64,000 nt of DNA from Candidatus Saccharibacteria bacterium GW2011_GWC2_48_9 (GTDB lineage: Bacteria > Patescibacteriota > Saccharimonadia > Saccharimonadales > Saccharimonadaceae), in contig LCPR01000001.1 of assembly GCA_001003725.1 (NCBI GenBank), positions 23,410 through 87,409 of the forward strand, given 5' to 3'. How positions within the stretch are numbered: position 1 is the first letter of the stretch; the number at the start of each line of letters is the position of its first letter. A program made the translations under genes and the position numbers. The notes below the pieces were generated by a model that saw only the letters and a list, made by a program, of their open reading frames with translations, did no database searches and was not told where the DNA came from. This document shows positions 50,567 through 60,642 of the stretch, in pieces.

Positions 50567-51184
50567 TTATCGTGAGTAATACTCAACGATGAGCTGTTCG
50601 TTAATATCTACTTCCGCTTCTTCGCGCTTTGGATTTCCGCTGACGGTAATAGTCAATTTCTTTTCGTCTGCTTTCATCCAGCTCAGAGGACCCTGAGTTG
50701 AATTTGCAATGACGTCGTTTACCTGTGTGAAGTACACAGATTTTGCGCTTTTCGGTCGTACGGTAATCACGTCACCCTCTTTGAGGCGGATTGACGGGAT
50801 GTCGACTCGGCGACCATTGAGCATAAAGTGTCCGTGGCCGACAAGCTGACGTGCTGCACGACGGCTAGAAGCGAATCCTGCGCGGTATACTGCGTTGTCC
50901 ATGCGGCGCTCAAGGAGCTGAAGAAGATTTTCACCAGCAAGACCCTCTTTGCGAGATGCTTCTTGCATAAGACGGGCAAATTGCTTTTCGAGCAATCCAT
51001 ACGTACGTCGTACTTTTTGCTTCTCGCGAAGTTGCGTCAAGTACAAACTAGGCTTGCCTTGGCGACCATGTGCATGCTGTCCTGGGATACCAGATTTGCG
51101 AGCCATGATTTTATGCGCTTTTGGATGCAGTGCGTACCCTTCTCGGCGGGACTGCTTAACAATAGGAGATGTATCTCGTGCCAT
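50567..51184 (-). CDS. rpsD: 30S ribosomal protein uS4
   Basis: LREKQK, ERRMDN, ARQLVGHGH, IVEYYSR; start ATG 51184. Confidence 0.98.
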   Translation of the reverse strand: MARDTSPIVKQSRREGYALHPKAHKIMARKSGIPGQHAHGRQGKPSLYLTQLREKQKVRRTYGLLEKQFARLMQEASRKEGLAGENLLQLLERRMDNAVYRAGFASSRRAARQLVGHGHFMLNGRRVDIPSIRLKEGDVITVRPKSAKSVYFTQVNDVIANSTQGPLSWMKADEKKLTITVSGNPKREEAEVDINEQLIVEYYSR

Positions 51185-51185
51185 A

Positions 51186-51548
51186 TTAAGCTCTCCTCGC
51201 TTTCTTCGGTCGTACGCCACCATGTGGCACGCCCGTTACGTCTTTGATGCTGTCGACAGCGATATCAAGATTGCTCATCGCACGGATCGCTGCATCACGG
51301 CCCAAGCCGACTCCGTGAAGGCTTTTAGCGCCCTCTGCGGCTTTTTCTGCGGCAACTTGCGCTGCATAGGCAGTGCCTTTTTTGCTTCCACGGAAACCGC
51401 AGGCGCCAGCACTTGCTGCTGCAAGAACGTTACCTTTTTTGTCGGTGAACGTTATGATTGTGTTGTTGAATGTTGCTTGGATGTGCAATTGACCAGCAGG
51501 AACTGATCGACGTTGCTTTTTCCTAGCAGATGTTTTAGCTTCAGCCAT
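51186..51548 (-). CDS. rpsK: 30S ribosomal protein uS11 (apparent internal deletion)
   Basis: ATFNNTII, DVTGVPHGG. Confidence 0.95.
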   Translation of the reverse strand: MAEAKTSARKKQRRSVPAGQLHIQATFNNTIITFTDKKGNVLAAASAGACGFRGSKKGTAYAAQVAAEKAAEGAKSLHGVGLGRDAAIRAMSNLDIAVDSIKDVTGVPHGGVRPKKARRA

Positions 51549-51568
51549 GTCTTTCTGATTCCTTTCCT

Positions 51569-51955
51569 TTAGGTCTTACTTGCTGCTTTAGGTTGTGAGC
51601 CACCAACAGACTGTGCACGACCCTTACGAGTACGAGCATTAGTCCGGGTTCGCTGGCCACGTACTGGCAACCCAGCCTTGTGACGGAGTCCGCGGTATGC
51701 GTTCACGTCCTTCAGGCGCTTAATATTGTTAGTAACCAAGCGCTGTAGGTCGCCTTCTGTGGTGTAGTCGCCATCGACTACTTCACGTATACGCTGTTCT
51801 TCAGCCTCGGTGAGATCTTTCACCCGAGTGGTCGGCTCAATGTTGGCCGCCGCAAGGATGGTCGATGCAAATTTCGGACCGATGCCGTATATATACGTCA
51901 AAGCGATCTGAACTTGCTTTTCAGAGGGAATGGTTACCCCAGAAATTCGAGCCAT
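51569..51955 (-). CDS. rpsM: 30S ribosomal protein uS13
   Basis: [22 protein letters not shown]. Confidence 0.98.
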   Translation of the reverse strand: MARISGVTIPSEKQVQIALTYIYGIGPKFASTILAAANIEPTTRVKDLTEAEEQRIREVVDGDYTTEGDLQRLVTNNIKRLKDVNAYRGLRHKAGLPVRGQRTRTNARTRKGRAQSVGGSQPKAASKT

Positions 51956-51957
51956 GC

Positions 51958-52074
51958 TTAACCCTGCCTTTGCTTATTCTTAGGTTTTTTCTTGTTGATG
52001 ACACGAAGTCGGCCTTTACGCCGTACCAGTTGGTCATCTGGGCTGATTTTTTTCACACTCGCACGAACTTTCAT
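51958..52074 (-). CDS. rpmJ: 50S ribosomal protein bL36, Cys/His-free (absent from ORF track)
   Basis: Manual translation [38 protein letters not shown]. Confidence 0.95.
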   Translation of the reverse strand: MKVRASVKKISPDDQLVRRKGRLRVINKKKPKNKQRQG

Positions 52075-52123
52075 GAGCGTCTACAAAAACTCCCTTCCTT
52101 AAATTTTATTGCGTATAGGCAAC

Positions 52124-52369
52124 CTACGCCGCAGAGCGTGCAGGTTCATCCCGAAGTCGAAAGCTGATTCTACCCTGTGTGAGATCATACGGGGTCATCT
52201 CTACTTCAACTTTATCGCCCGGAACTAGACGGATATAGTGCTTTCGCATCTTACCGCTAATATGAGCGATAATTGTATGGCCATTCTCAAGTTCTACCTT
52301 AAATTTAGTACCAGGCAGTGCTTCGACTACCTTTCCTGTCATCTTAATTACTTCCTTTTGACTCGCCAT
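52124..52369 (-). CDS. infA: Translation initiation factor IF-1
   Basis: [14 protein letters not shown]. Confidence 0.97.
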   Translation of the reverse strand: MASQKEVIKMTGKVVEALPGTKFKVELENGHTIIAHISGKMRKHYIRLVPGDKVEVEMTPYDLTQGRISFRLRDEPARSAA

Positions 52370-52496
52370 AAATTACAATATTTGATTATACACCAAAAGA
52401 TACTAAGAGTAAAGCGCTTTTAGAGCAAATCCGTACACGATTAATCTGTACGCCTTTCAATATAACTATTGTACCAAAACGCTCGAGCACGTCAAG

Positions 52497-53148
52497 TTAC
52501 TCTTTTGCCACAGCTCGTATTGTAACCCTTTGATCGTAGGTGTTTTTAGCAGGAATCCAGTTGCCTGTACACGAGATGATATTGAGTCCTTCGGCCGTAC
52601 TGCTTGCGGATTTTGTCATGCGATTCATACCACCCTTATTAAGATCTTCGAGGCTTACGATTTCTTTCTCTTGCACAAGGTACGTAAACTTTGTGCCATC
52701 GCCTCGCTCAACTATAATTTCATCGTTTTTCTTCAGGTCGCCTAGTCGCTCGAATACACCGCTACTAGTGGGCCCCTGGTGTGGCTGATTTTTCATACCA
52801 ACCCACATCGTGAATATTGCGCGGCGTGTCTAGCTCGCTGTTTGCCTTTGTACCTACAGAGAAAACACGTGCTTCGTCGATGTATAGCGACGGGATAGAT
52901 AAGTAGCGTGGCTGTTCCGTCGACACAACATGCTTACGAACATCTTCAAGCGCAATGGTTGATTCGTCGACATCTGGGTTTACCGCTGCAAGCGCAGCAG
53001 GTATCGGCACTGGAGGTTGCTCACCTGTAGAATAATAGCGGTAACCGAACCACCCAGCGACCGCAAGAATTGCTATTAGCACGGCAAGCGTAAACCATCT
53101 TCCTAAGTGCAGGTTTCTTTGCTGCCGTATTTCTAGTCCTGCCGCCAT
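52497..53148 (-). CDS. Class F sortase, frameshifted near 52773
   Basis: TM anchor, PRYLSIPSL, GWY..S..PG, then GVF..L..L..IISCTG..R in another frame. Confidence 0.8.
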
Positions 53149-53178
53149 TTTCCCTCCCTACGTACGCTGTGTTAGTGT

Positions 53179-54591
53179 TTATTTGTAATCGTCGTATGTT
53201 ACCATCAACGCACGGCTGTTGATCTGACGTAGGCTCTCAAGCGCTACAGTGACGATAATAAGGAGACCTGTTCCACCAATGGCGAGGTTCGCATTGGTGA
53301 TGCCGGTAAAGTTATACAGTAAGTATTCTATGGCGAACGGCGTGACGGCTATAAGACCAAGCACTGTTGCCCCGAATAGTATTAAACGATTCACTACTTT
53401 ATTAAGATATTTTTCTGTCTGAATACCTGGACGAATACCTTCTATAAACGCACCTTGTTTTTGAAGATTTTCTGAAATCTCGTTGGAGTTAAAGACGATA
53501 CCAGTATAAAAGTACGTAAACATGATGACGAGCAAGAAGTACAGCACGGGATAGATAAACGCTTCCATAGAGTCGCCGGTAAATGCCCCGGGGTTTGGTG
53601 CTTGAAACCACTTTATCAAGTTGTCGGCTATATCTGCATATGCTGGATTGTTGCTCGACTTAAGCACTTGCCCAACGAATGCTGGCAAGCTAAGGAATGC
53701 GACGGCGAAGATTACAGGTATAACACCGGCCGCAATCATCTTGATAGGCAATACGCTCTTAATACCGCCATAGCTACTATTACCCTGCACTCGCTTCGCA
53801 TAGTTGATAGTAACAACACGCTGCGCCTCGTTGATTTTTACGAGTATATATAACATGAGTAAAGAGAAAGACGAGAGTGCAAGTACCACATAGAACATGG
53901 TTGGATTGACCGGTACGCTAAACCAGCCGAATATACTGAGTGCACCCTGTGACGTATCCACTAGGGACGTCCATAGCGTTGAAAGCGTTGTTGGCAGCTG
54001 GCTAATAATACCTGCAAAAATCAGCATACTGATACCGTTACCGATACCACGCTCAGTTATCAGCTCACCAAGCCACATCAAGAGCATAGAGCCAGCTGTC
54101 ATAGCAGAGACGGCCACAAGCCAGTCGGAAACCGATGCTTCTCCTAGTGATGTCGTGTTACCCGCAAGCACCGATTGACGAAGTACATAGATAATAGCGA
54201 TAGACTGTATCACTGCGAGAGGTAGAGCAAGCATACGCGTCCACTGGTTAATCCTGCGTCGACCCGTCTCACCATCCTTATGCAGTTCTTCTAGCCGAGG
54301 TATAGCCTTGGTGAGTAGCTGCGTGATGATACTTGCAGTAATGAACGGGCCGAGACCAACAAGGACAATCGAGAGCTGACTCAATGCACCACCAGATAGC
54401 AAGTTCAAAAATCCGCCAAAGTCACTCGATGACAGAAAGCTCGATATGATATCTTTGAGTTGTGAAGGCTCAGCCAGAGGTACAGGTACGTGCGCGAGTA
54501 GTCGGTACACGGCCACCAACGCAAGTACAATCAGCATGCGTTGCTGCATGTCTTTATTTTTCAGTGATTTGAAAATATTTTTCCAGTTCAT
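53179..54591 (-). CDS. secY: Preprotein translocase SecY
   Basis: GLGPFITASI, GIGNGIS, GIRPG, GGTGLLI. Confidence 0.98.
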   Translation of the reverse strand: MNWKNIFKSLKNKDMQQRMLIVLALVAVYRLLAHVPVPLAEPSQLKDIISSFLSSSDFGGFLNLLSGGALSQLSIVLVGLGPFITASIITQLLTKAIPRLEELHKDGETGRRRINQWTRMLALPLAVIQSIAIIYVLRQSVLAGNTTSLGEASVSDWLVAVSAMTAGSMLLMWLGELITERGIGNGISMLIFAGIISQLPTTLSTLWTSLVDTSQGALSIFGWFSVPVNPTMFYVVLALSSFSLLMLYILVKINEAQRVVTINYAKRVQGNSSYGGIKSVLPIKMIAAGVIPVIFAVAFLSLPAFVGQVLKSSNNPAYADIADNLIKWFQAPNPGAFTGDSMEAFIYPVLYFLLVIMFTYFYTGIVFNSNEISENLQKQGAFIEGIRPGIQTEKYLNKVVNRLILFGATVLGLIAVTPFAIEYLLYNFTGITNANLAIGGTGLLIIVTVALESLRQINSRALMVTYDDYK

Positions 54592-54759
54592 ATGTATATC
54601 TCTACCCTTTACATTCAGTCTCTATGTTCGTCGCTCTGACGTATTTCCATACTATTATACTACAAAATATGTTGTGTCACTATGAATAATATAAGATGAC
54701 GTACTTACCTAACCACGGTGGTATTGCCATAAACGATATAATATGCTATAATATTATCA

Positions 54760-55458
54760 ATGACTAATCCAGATATGATGCTACGTCGTCAAGAAGCGCC
54801 TCCCCGGGAAATGGCTATAGGACTTGGCGTGGCAGCGGTGGGCCTTACGCTCGGACTTGGTCTCGGTACCATAGCCTCCAATCAACCTGCGATTGAACGC
54901 ATCGTCGAAGCGTATGATGGAACAAGCCAGCTTGAGGACAATGTTCGCTCTTTCATGAATAACTTCGTAGAAGACGACCTCAGGGTAAATTGCGATGGGG
55001 ATGAAAGCATGAGCGGCCCTGATCTCATCACGAATGGTTATGTTATGCCTGCACACCTACTCTCATACACACACTATCCGGACGTGATAACCTTAAGCCC
55101 GGCGATTTGTCAGGATATCGAGAGGGCGGAAATTACTCGAACACTCGATCAAGAGTCAGCTGCAGCTACGCTGGTAGCTTCACACGAGTATGAGCATATT
55201 GCACTAAAAAGTTCTGACGAGGCTGAAGTCTCCTGCCGAGCTGTCGCAAAGTTTGCGTCACGGCTAGAAAACGTAGGACTCGAAAAGTCTTACGCATTAA
55301 ACTATACGATGTCGACTGCACAGGCTTCTTACTTAACCGCCCCTCCCGAATACATCGACACAATCAATTGCAGTCCTGGCGGCAAATACCTCGCAGACCT
55401 TGAGACGGCGGGTCATGAGCCTATCGTATATTACAACTATCAGTATTTGTTCAGCTAA
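54760..55458 (+). CDS. Membrane-anchored putative zinc metallopeptidase (HExxH)
   Basis: TM helix, HEYEH followed by DEAEVSC; own TGCTATAAT promoter. Confidence 0.65.
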   Translation: MTNPDMMLRRQEAPPREMAIGLGVAAVGLTLGLGLGTIASNQPAIERIVEAYDGTSQLEDNVRSFMNNFVEDDLRVNCDGDESMSGPDLITNGYVMPAHLLSYTHYPDVITLSPAICQDIERAEITRTLDQESAAATLVASHEYEHIALKSSDEAEVSCRAVAKFASRLENVGLEKSYALNYTMSTAQASYLTAPPEYIDTINCSPGGKYLADLETAGHEPIVYYNYQYLFS

Positions 55459-55478
55459 CTTACTTTTGAACACGCAAA

Positions 55479-55506
55479 CAAAAAAGCTCCTAGCGGAGCT
55501 TTTTTG
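55479..55506. terminator. Bidirectional terminator after rplO
   Basis: caaaaaagctcc / ggagcttttttg. Confidence 0.8.
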
Positions 55507-55519
55507 TAGGTTTACCCGA

Positions 55520-56002
55520 TTACTTCTCTTCTTTTGATGCTTCTTGTGCAGATTTCTTCAAAGGCGTAGGTACCTTCTCGAATGAGCCGCCAGCTTTTGT
55601 AACAGCTTCTTGCACACTCTTTGATGCAGCCTGCACCTTGAGTGTCACCTTGGCTGTTAGCTCGCCGCGCGCAATAACTTTCACGGTGTGAAAAGGTGTT
55701 GCGACGTATCCTTGCTCAAACAACGTTGCGTTGTCGGCAGTCTTACCCTCAAATGTATTGAGGTGGTCAAGGTATACAACCTGCGCAGGAGCTTTCATAC
55801 TCTTAAATCCACGGTTTTTTGGCGTACGCTGGGCAAGCGGACCTGATCCACCTTGGAACATTGCGCGAAGTTTTTTACCAGTACGAGAATTTTGACCTTT
55901 TGTACCACGACCAGCAGTTTTACCACCGCCAGCCGAAATACCGCGACCAACTCGTTTTCTGTCTTTGTTAGACGAAACTTGTAGTTCGTTGTACTTAGTC
56001 AT
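55520..56002 (-). CDS. rplO: 50S ribosomal protein uL15
   Basis: RVGRG..GKTAGRGTKGQ, FQGG. Confidence 0.97.
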   Translation of the reverse strand: MTKYNELQVSSNKDRKRVGRGISAGGGKTAGRGTKGQNSRTGKKLRAMFQGGSGPLAQRTPKNRGFKSMKAPAQVVYLDHLNTFEGKTADNATLFEQGYVATPFHTVKVIARGELTAKVTLKVQAASKSVQEAVTKAGGSFEKVPTPLKKSAQEASKEEK

Positions 56003-56610
56003 TATTTAGTCTCCTTCTTGGTTGCCTTCTTTGGAGCGTTAAGCCACTGGTCTCGAGGAACGAGCGTCTTGAGTGCATCGATAGTTGCATAGGCGATGTT
56101 CACCTTGTTGGTTGAACCGAGGCTCTTTGAAAGCATGTTGCGGATACCAGTCACACCGATAACTTGTCGTACAACACCACCAGCGATAATACCAGTACCT
56201 GGCGCCGCTGGCTTGATGAGTACCTGTGCACCGCTTACTTTGACTTCAGCGTCGTGAGGGATTGTCTCTCGTGCGATAGGCACAGTGATGAGATTCTTCT
56301 TCGCAACATCTGTCGCCTTAGCGATCGCTGTTTGTACGTCTTGTCCCTTTGACACGCCGACACCAACTTTGTCCTTGCGGTTGCCCACTACGACAAGTGC
56401 CTTAAAGCGGAAACGGCGTCCACCTTTTACCACGCGCGCTACACGGTCAATGTTGATGACAACTTCTTCAAACTCTTTCGGCGCAGCGTCTGCTGCATTT
56501 CGTCGGTCATCGCGACGACCACCACGCTGCGGTCGGCCACCGCCTTGGCGGTTACCGGCTGCTGGGCGAGGGGTAGTATTTGCTGCTGCTGGGGTAGCTT
56601 GCTCAGCCAT
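56002..56610 (-). CDS. rpsE: 30S ribosomal protein uS5
   Basis: RVARVVKGGRR, APGTGIIAGG; start ATG 56610. Confidence 0.98.
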   Translation of the reverse strand: MAEQATPAAANTTPRPAAGNRQGGGRPQRGGRRDDRRNAADAAPKEFEEVVINIDRVARVVKGGRRFRFKALVVVGNRKDKVGVGVSKGQDVQTAIAKATDVAKKNLITVPIARETIPHDAEVKVSGAQVLIKPAAPGTGIIAGGVVRQVIGVTGIRNMLSKSLGSTNKVNIAYATIDALKTLVPRDQWLNAPKKATKKETK

Positions 56611-56611
56611 A

Positions 56612-56965
56612 CTAGAACTCCAATCCTTCTTTACGTGCAGCGTCTGCAAGTGCGCTTAGGCGACCAGCGTACTGGCGGCCGTTGCGATCGAATACGACTG
56701 CGGTTATTTTAGCTTTCTTTGCTTTCTTGGCAATATCGGTACCAATTTTTGTAGCAAGTTCAACTTTCGTGCCGGTTACTTTTGCGCCGACAGTAGTTGC
56801 CGCTGCAACAGTTTGGCCATTTTCGTCATCGATAAGCTGTGCGCTTACATGTACGTTGCTGATAGTGACAGTAAGACGAGGACGCTCGGCAGTACCAGAA
56901 ACCTTTGCACGAACACGGCCTTTTCTGAGCATCTTGTTCTGTGTTTTCTTTGCTAGATCAGCCAT
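56612..56965 (-). CDS. rplR: 50S ribosomal protein uL18
   Basis: RPRL, FDRNG..Y.GR, GLEF. Confidence 0.97.
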   Translation of the reverse strand: MADLAKKTQNKMLRKGRVRAKVSGTAERPRLTVTISNVHVSAQLIDDENGQTVAAATTVGAKVTGTKVELATKIGTDIAKKAKKAKITAVVFDRNGRQYAGRLSALADAARKEGLEF

Positions 56966-56967
56966 GA

Positions 56968-57501
56968 TTACTTACCTGCCTTTCCTGCCTTGCGAAGTAC
57001 AACTTCGTCAGCATATTTGATACCTTTACCCTTATACGGTTCAGGCTTCTTCAATGAACGAATCTCTGCGGCGACCTGACCGACTTGTTGTTTGTCGATA
57101 CCGGTTACAGTGATGGTCATTTTTTCATTGGTAATGTTTACACCTGCAGGTGCTTTGTATTTTACCGGGTGGCTAAAGCCAAGACTCATATCGAGCTCGT
57201 TGTTGCTTGTTGCTACGCGGTAACCGACACCGTTAACTTCGAGTTTCTTCTCGAAGCCTGCAGTAACACCGACTACTGCGTTATTTAATAGCGCGCGCTG
57301 CAAGCCATGTTGGGCTTTTGCGATACGCTCATCATCGTTGCGTGTGACTTTTGCCACGCCATCTTCGACAGCTACCGTCACGTCGCTCAGATGCGGTACA
57401 GTCAATTCACCTTTGGTGCCTTTGACTGTGATAACATCTGAGTCGACCGTGATTGTCACGCCTGATGGAATCTCGATTGGTAGTTTTCCGATTCGACTCA
57501 T
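56968..57501 (-). CDS. rplF: 50S ribosomal protein uL6
   Basis: MSRIGKLPI, PEPYKGKGI. Confidence 0.98.
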   Translation of the reverse strand: MSRIGKLPIEIPSGVTITVDSDVITVKGTKGELTVPHLSDVTVAVEDGVAKVTRNDDERIAKAQHGLQRALLNNAVVGVTAGFEKKLEVNGVGYRVATSNNELDMSLGFSHPVKYKAPAGVNITNEKMTITVTGIDKQQVGQVAAEIRSLKKPEPYKGKGIKYADEVVLRKAGKAGK

Positions 57502-57515
57502 ATTACTTCTCTTTC

Positions 57516-57734
57516 TTAATTATCTAGCTGCTCTAATTCATTCCTGAATGCACCGTAGCTAGCTTTTAACTGTTTTGCCTTGATCGACAATTCTGCCGCG
57601 AGCACTATCGGGTGGATTCCATTTTCAAGATTTCTCTTGATCATAGAATCCACATCGCGTGATAGCTGCTCTGCCGAGTCCAATGATTCTTTATGATCAT
57701 TAAATTCTTCCGAGCTTCTACCCTGCTCCGACAT
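57516..57734 (-). CDS. Small helical hypothetical protein inserted between rpsH and rplF
   Basis: ATG 4 nt after the rpsH stop, 72 aa, fills the gap up to the rplF SD. Confidence 0.6.
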   Translation of the reverse strand: MSEQGRSSEEFNDHKESLDSAEQLSRDVDSMIKRNLENGIHPIVLAAELSIKAKQLKASYGAFRNELEQLDN

Positions 57735-57738
57735 ACTA

Positions 57739-58140
57739 CTAGTAAACCTTGAGTAGTAGCTCACCACCAAGACGCTGCTTGATAGCTTCGTGGCCTGGAA
57801 TCACACCCTTTGATGTTGATACCAGCACGATACCACGACCGCTCTTTACCTTTGGAATCTCATCTGCTTTTACGTAGACGCGACGTCCTGGCTTTGAGAG
57901 TCGAGTGATCTCACTAATGGTGCTGTTTTCACCTGGTTTATTGATAGTAATTACCAATGTGTCACGAGGCTTGCCAGCTTCACGTTTGATTTTCGCGAGG
58001 TAACCGCTCTTAACGAGCTGTTTCGCAATCACTTCTTTCATGTTGCTCGCGGGAACGCGAACTTCTGTTTTGCCAACCATTTTCGCGTTTCGAATGCGAG
58101 TGAGAAGGTCGGCGATTGGATCTGTAGTTTGCATAGACAT
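57739..58140 (-). CDS. rpsH: 30S ribosomal protein uS8
   Basis: DPIADLLTRIRN, SKPGRRVY, GGELL. Confidence 0.98.
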   Translation of the reverse strand: MSMQTTDPIADLLTRIRNAKMVGKTEVRVPASNMKEVIAKQLVKSGYLAKIKREAGKPRDTLVITINKPGENSTISEITRLSKPGRRVYVKADEIPKVKSGRGIVLVSTSKGVIPGHEAIKQRLGGELLLKVY

Positions 58141-58157
58141 ATCTTATTCCTTCCTTC

Positions 58158-58427
58158 TTACCAACTACTCTTAACAACACCAGGGATTTCACCCTTAGAT
58201 GCTTTTTCGCGGAAATTTATACGGTTGAGACCGAAACGGCGCATGTAGGCGTGTGGACGACCACTGAGTACATCTCGGTTTTTCCAACGTGTAGGACTAG
58301 AGTTACGAGGTAGTTTTTGCAAACCTTCCTGGTCACCCATCTCTTTGAGTTCAGTGCGTTTAGCCTCGAACTTCTTAATCATCTTCTTACGCTTTTCGTC
58401 GCGCGCGATGCTAGATTTCTTAGCCAT
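58158..58427 (-). CDS. rpsN: 30S ribosomal protein uS14, long Cys-free form
   Basis: [22 protein letters not shown]. Confidence 0.97.
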   Translation of the reverse strand: MAKKSSIARDEKRKKMIKKFEAKRTELKEMGDQEGLQKLPRNSSPTRWKNRDVLSGRPHAYMRRFGLNRINFREKASKGEIPGVVKSSW

Positions 58428-59014
58428 TAACGTCGTCCTCCTTCTTTCTCAAACGGTACGCCGAACTTCTCAAGCAATGCTCGTGAATGTACTTTGTCTT
58501 CGTTTGCGATTACAAATGTCACTTGCAAGCCGTGGATCAACTGTGTTTCGTCGAACGTAAGTTCCGGGAAAATAGATTGATCATTGATGCCGACGTTGTA
58601 ATTGCCGCCTTTGTCAAACGCTTTTGCACCGACTCCGTGGAAGTCACGGATGCGAGGCATTGCAATATTGACGAAACGATCAAGGAATTCGTACATTACG
58701 TTACCCCTGAGAGTAACATTGATGCCGATTCGGTTCATACCTGCGCGGATCTTGAATCCTGCAATAGACTTCTTAGCCATGCGATCGATTGGCGCTTGAC
58801 CTGTTACCTTAGTCAAGGTATTTTTGACTGCTTCGTAGTAACGTTTGTCGTCTTTATTCTTACCAAGTCCTACGCTCACTACGATTTTCTCGAGCTTCGG
58901 TACCTGGTGTACGTTGGCGAGTCCGAGTTCGGCCTGAAGTTCTTTTTTAGCTGTATCGTTATACAAAGCTTTCAGGCGAGGAGTGTAGGCAATGTCTTTT
59001 GTAGCTGTTGCCAT
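58427..59014 (-). CDS. rplE: 50S ribosomal protein uL5
   Basis: [15 protein letters not shown]. Confidence 0.98.
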   Translation of the reverse strand: MATATKDIAYTPRLKALYNDTAKKELQAELGLANVHQVPKLEKIVVSVGLGKNKDDKRYYEAVKNTLTKVTGQAPIDRMAKKSIAGFKIRAGMNRIGINVTLRGNVMYEFLDRFVNIAMPRIRDFHGVGAKAFDKGGNYNVGINDQSIFPELTFDETQLIHGLQVTFVIANEDKVHSRALLEKFGVPFEKEGGRR

Positions 59015-59334
59015 TATTTGATCTCCTTGTTCTTTAGTTGACGAGCAACACGGACTGTCTTGCCGTCATCTGTTTTCTTGTAGCCGATACGACTAGTCTT
59101 TGCAGACTTTTCGTCGACAACAAGTGCTACCTTGTGTAGTGGCGTAGGGACGTGAATGTCTTTGAGGCCACCGCGCGGGTTAAGCTGACTTGGTTTTACC
59201 TTGCGGCTAGCCACGCCGACGCCCTCTATGAGGACAGCGTTTTTCTTTGGAAGCACGGCAACGACTTTACCAGTTTTGCCTTTGTGCTCACCGCTGAGGA
59301 GTTTGACTATGTCATTCTTGATGATACGTGACAT
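59014..59334 (-). CDS. rplX: 50S ribosomal protein uL24
   Basis: KOW G..KGKTG; start ATG 59334. Confidence 0.95.
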   Translation of the reverse strand: MSRIIKNDIVKLLSGEHKGKTGKVVAVLPKKNAVLIEGVGVASRKVKPSQLNPRGGLKDIHVPTPLHKVALVVDEKSAKTSRIGYKKTDDGKTVRVARQLKNKEIK

Positions 59335-59335
59335 A

Positions 59336-59704
59336 CTAGAGTACCTCCGGAGCCAAGCTGATGATCTTTGAGTAGCCTTGGTCACGCAGTTCGCGTGGCA
59401 CAGGGCCAAAGATACGGGTAGCTTTTGGATTCTTATCTTCGTTAATGATTACTGCGGCATTATCGTCGAAACGAATAGTCGAGCCATCTTTACGCTTGAT
59501 TTGATTGCGTGTGCGAACGATCACAGCTTTTTGAACGGTCTTCTTCTTGACGTTACCGCCCGGATTAGCTTCTTTGATCGTTACGACTACGATATCACCG
59601 ACGTGTGCAAAACGACGCCTCGTACCACCAAGTACACGGATGATAAGGGCCTCTTTCGCGCCACTATTATCTGTGATTTTGATGCGTGATTCTTGTTGTA
59701 ACAT
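59336..59704 (-). CDS. rplN: 50S ribosomal protein uL14
   Basis: DNSGAK, TRIFGPV, SLAPEVL. Confidence 0.98.
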   Translation of the reverse strand: MLQQESRIKITDNSGAKEALIIRVLGGTRRRFAHVGDIVVVTIKEANPGGNVKKKTVQKAVIVRTRNQIKRKDGSTIRFDDNAAVIINEDKNPKATRIFGPVPRELRDQGYSKIISLAPEVL

Positions 59705-59988
59705 TACGCAGCAACCTCCTCGACATCGTCTTTAAGTTCAATAGCACCACGAGATTTCTCTTCGATGATATCAAGCTTAAAAGCCTTAGTCTTTGAGATT
59801 GGGCGCGTCTCAACGATACGAACCTTGTCACCAAGCTTCGATTCGTTGCTTTCGTCGTGTGCGGTGTACTTACGGTTCACAGAGTACTGCTTGCCATAAA
59901 TAGGGTGCGTTTCACGACTAGTTACAGTGACGGTAATGGTTTTGTCGCGAACATCCGATGTCACGATACCAGTCAATGTCTTGGCCAT
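59704..59988 (-). CDS. rpsQ: 30S ribosomal protein uS17
   Basis: [19 protein letters not shown]. Confidence 0.97.
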   Translation of the reverse strand: MAKTLTGIVTSDVRDKTITVTVTSRETHPIYGKQYSVNRKYTAHDESNESKLGDKVRIVETRPISKTKAFKLDIIEEKSRGAIELKDDVEEVAA

Positions 59989-59989
59989 A

Positions 59990-60226
59990 TTACTTGTCTC
60001 CCTTCTCGGCTAGCTCAGCTGCTCGGATAGCAGTGTGCAAGCGCGCGATTGCTTTGCGAGTAGCAGTGATAACGCGTGGATTTTGTAGTTCACCCGCTGC
60101 GAGACCGCGGCGAGATTCTATCATTTCCATTTGTTTAGACTCGAGGTCCTTGCGGAGGTCTTCGGCTGTCTTCACTTCAGAGGCTTCTTTAGCTTTTTTG
60201 GTAGCTTTTGGTGCTGCACTTGCCAT
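59990..60226 (-). CDS. rpmC: 50S ribosomal protein uL29
   Basis: LQNP..RKAIARLHT; position in operon. Confidence 0.9.
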   Translation of the reverse strand: MASAAPKATKKAKEASEVKTAEDLRKDLESKQMEMIESRRGLAAGELQNPRVITATRKAIARLHTAIRAAELAEKGDK

Positions 60227-60228
60227 AA

Positions 60229-60642
60229 TTACGCCTCTTCTCGCTTAATGAATTTAGTTTTCACGGGTAGCTTGTGAGCTGCGAGGCGCATTGCTTCGCG
60301 AGCTACGTCTTCTTGCACGCCCTTCATCTCAAACAGGACAGTACCTGCCTTGACTTTGGCCGCGAAGAATTCTGGGTTACCTTTACCCATACCCATCTTA
60401 AGACCTACAGGTTTGCGGGTCACAGGGATATGAGGGAAGATACGAATCCAGATCTTACCACCACGTTTGATGTGGCGCGTCATTGCCTGCCTAGCAGACT
60501 CTATTTGACGGCTCGTAACATCACTGTTTGACTGCGACTGCAGTGCGTAGTCGCCAAAAGCGATATAGTTGCCACGAGTTGCCAAACCATCGTTTTTACC
60601 TTTGAAAGTCTTACGAAACTTTGTACGCTTTGGGAGTAACAT
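60229..60642 (-). CDS. rplP: 50S ribosomal protein uL16
   Basis: [18 protein letters not shown]. Confidence 0.98.
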   Translation of the reverse strand: MLLPKRTKFRKTFKGKNDGLATRGNYIAFGDYALQSQSNSDVTSRQIESARQAMTRHIKRGGKIWIRIFPHIPVTRKPVGLKMGMGKGNPEFFAAKVKAGTVLFEMKGVQEDVAREAMRLAAHKLPVKTKFIKREEA

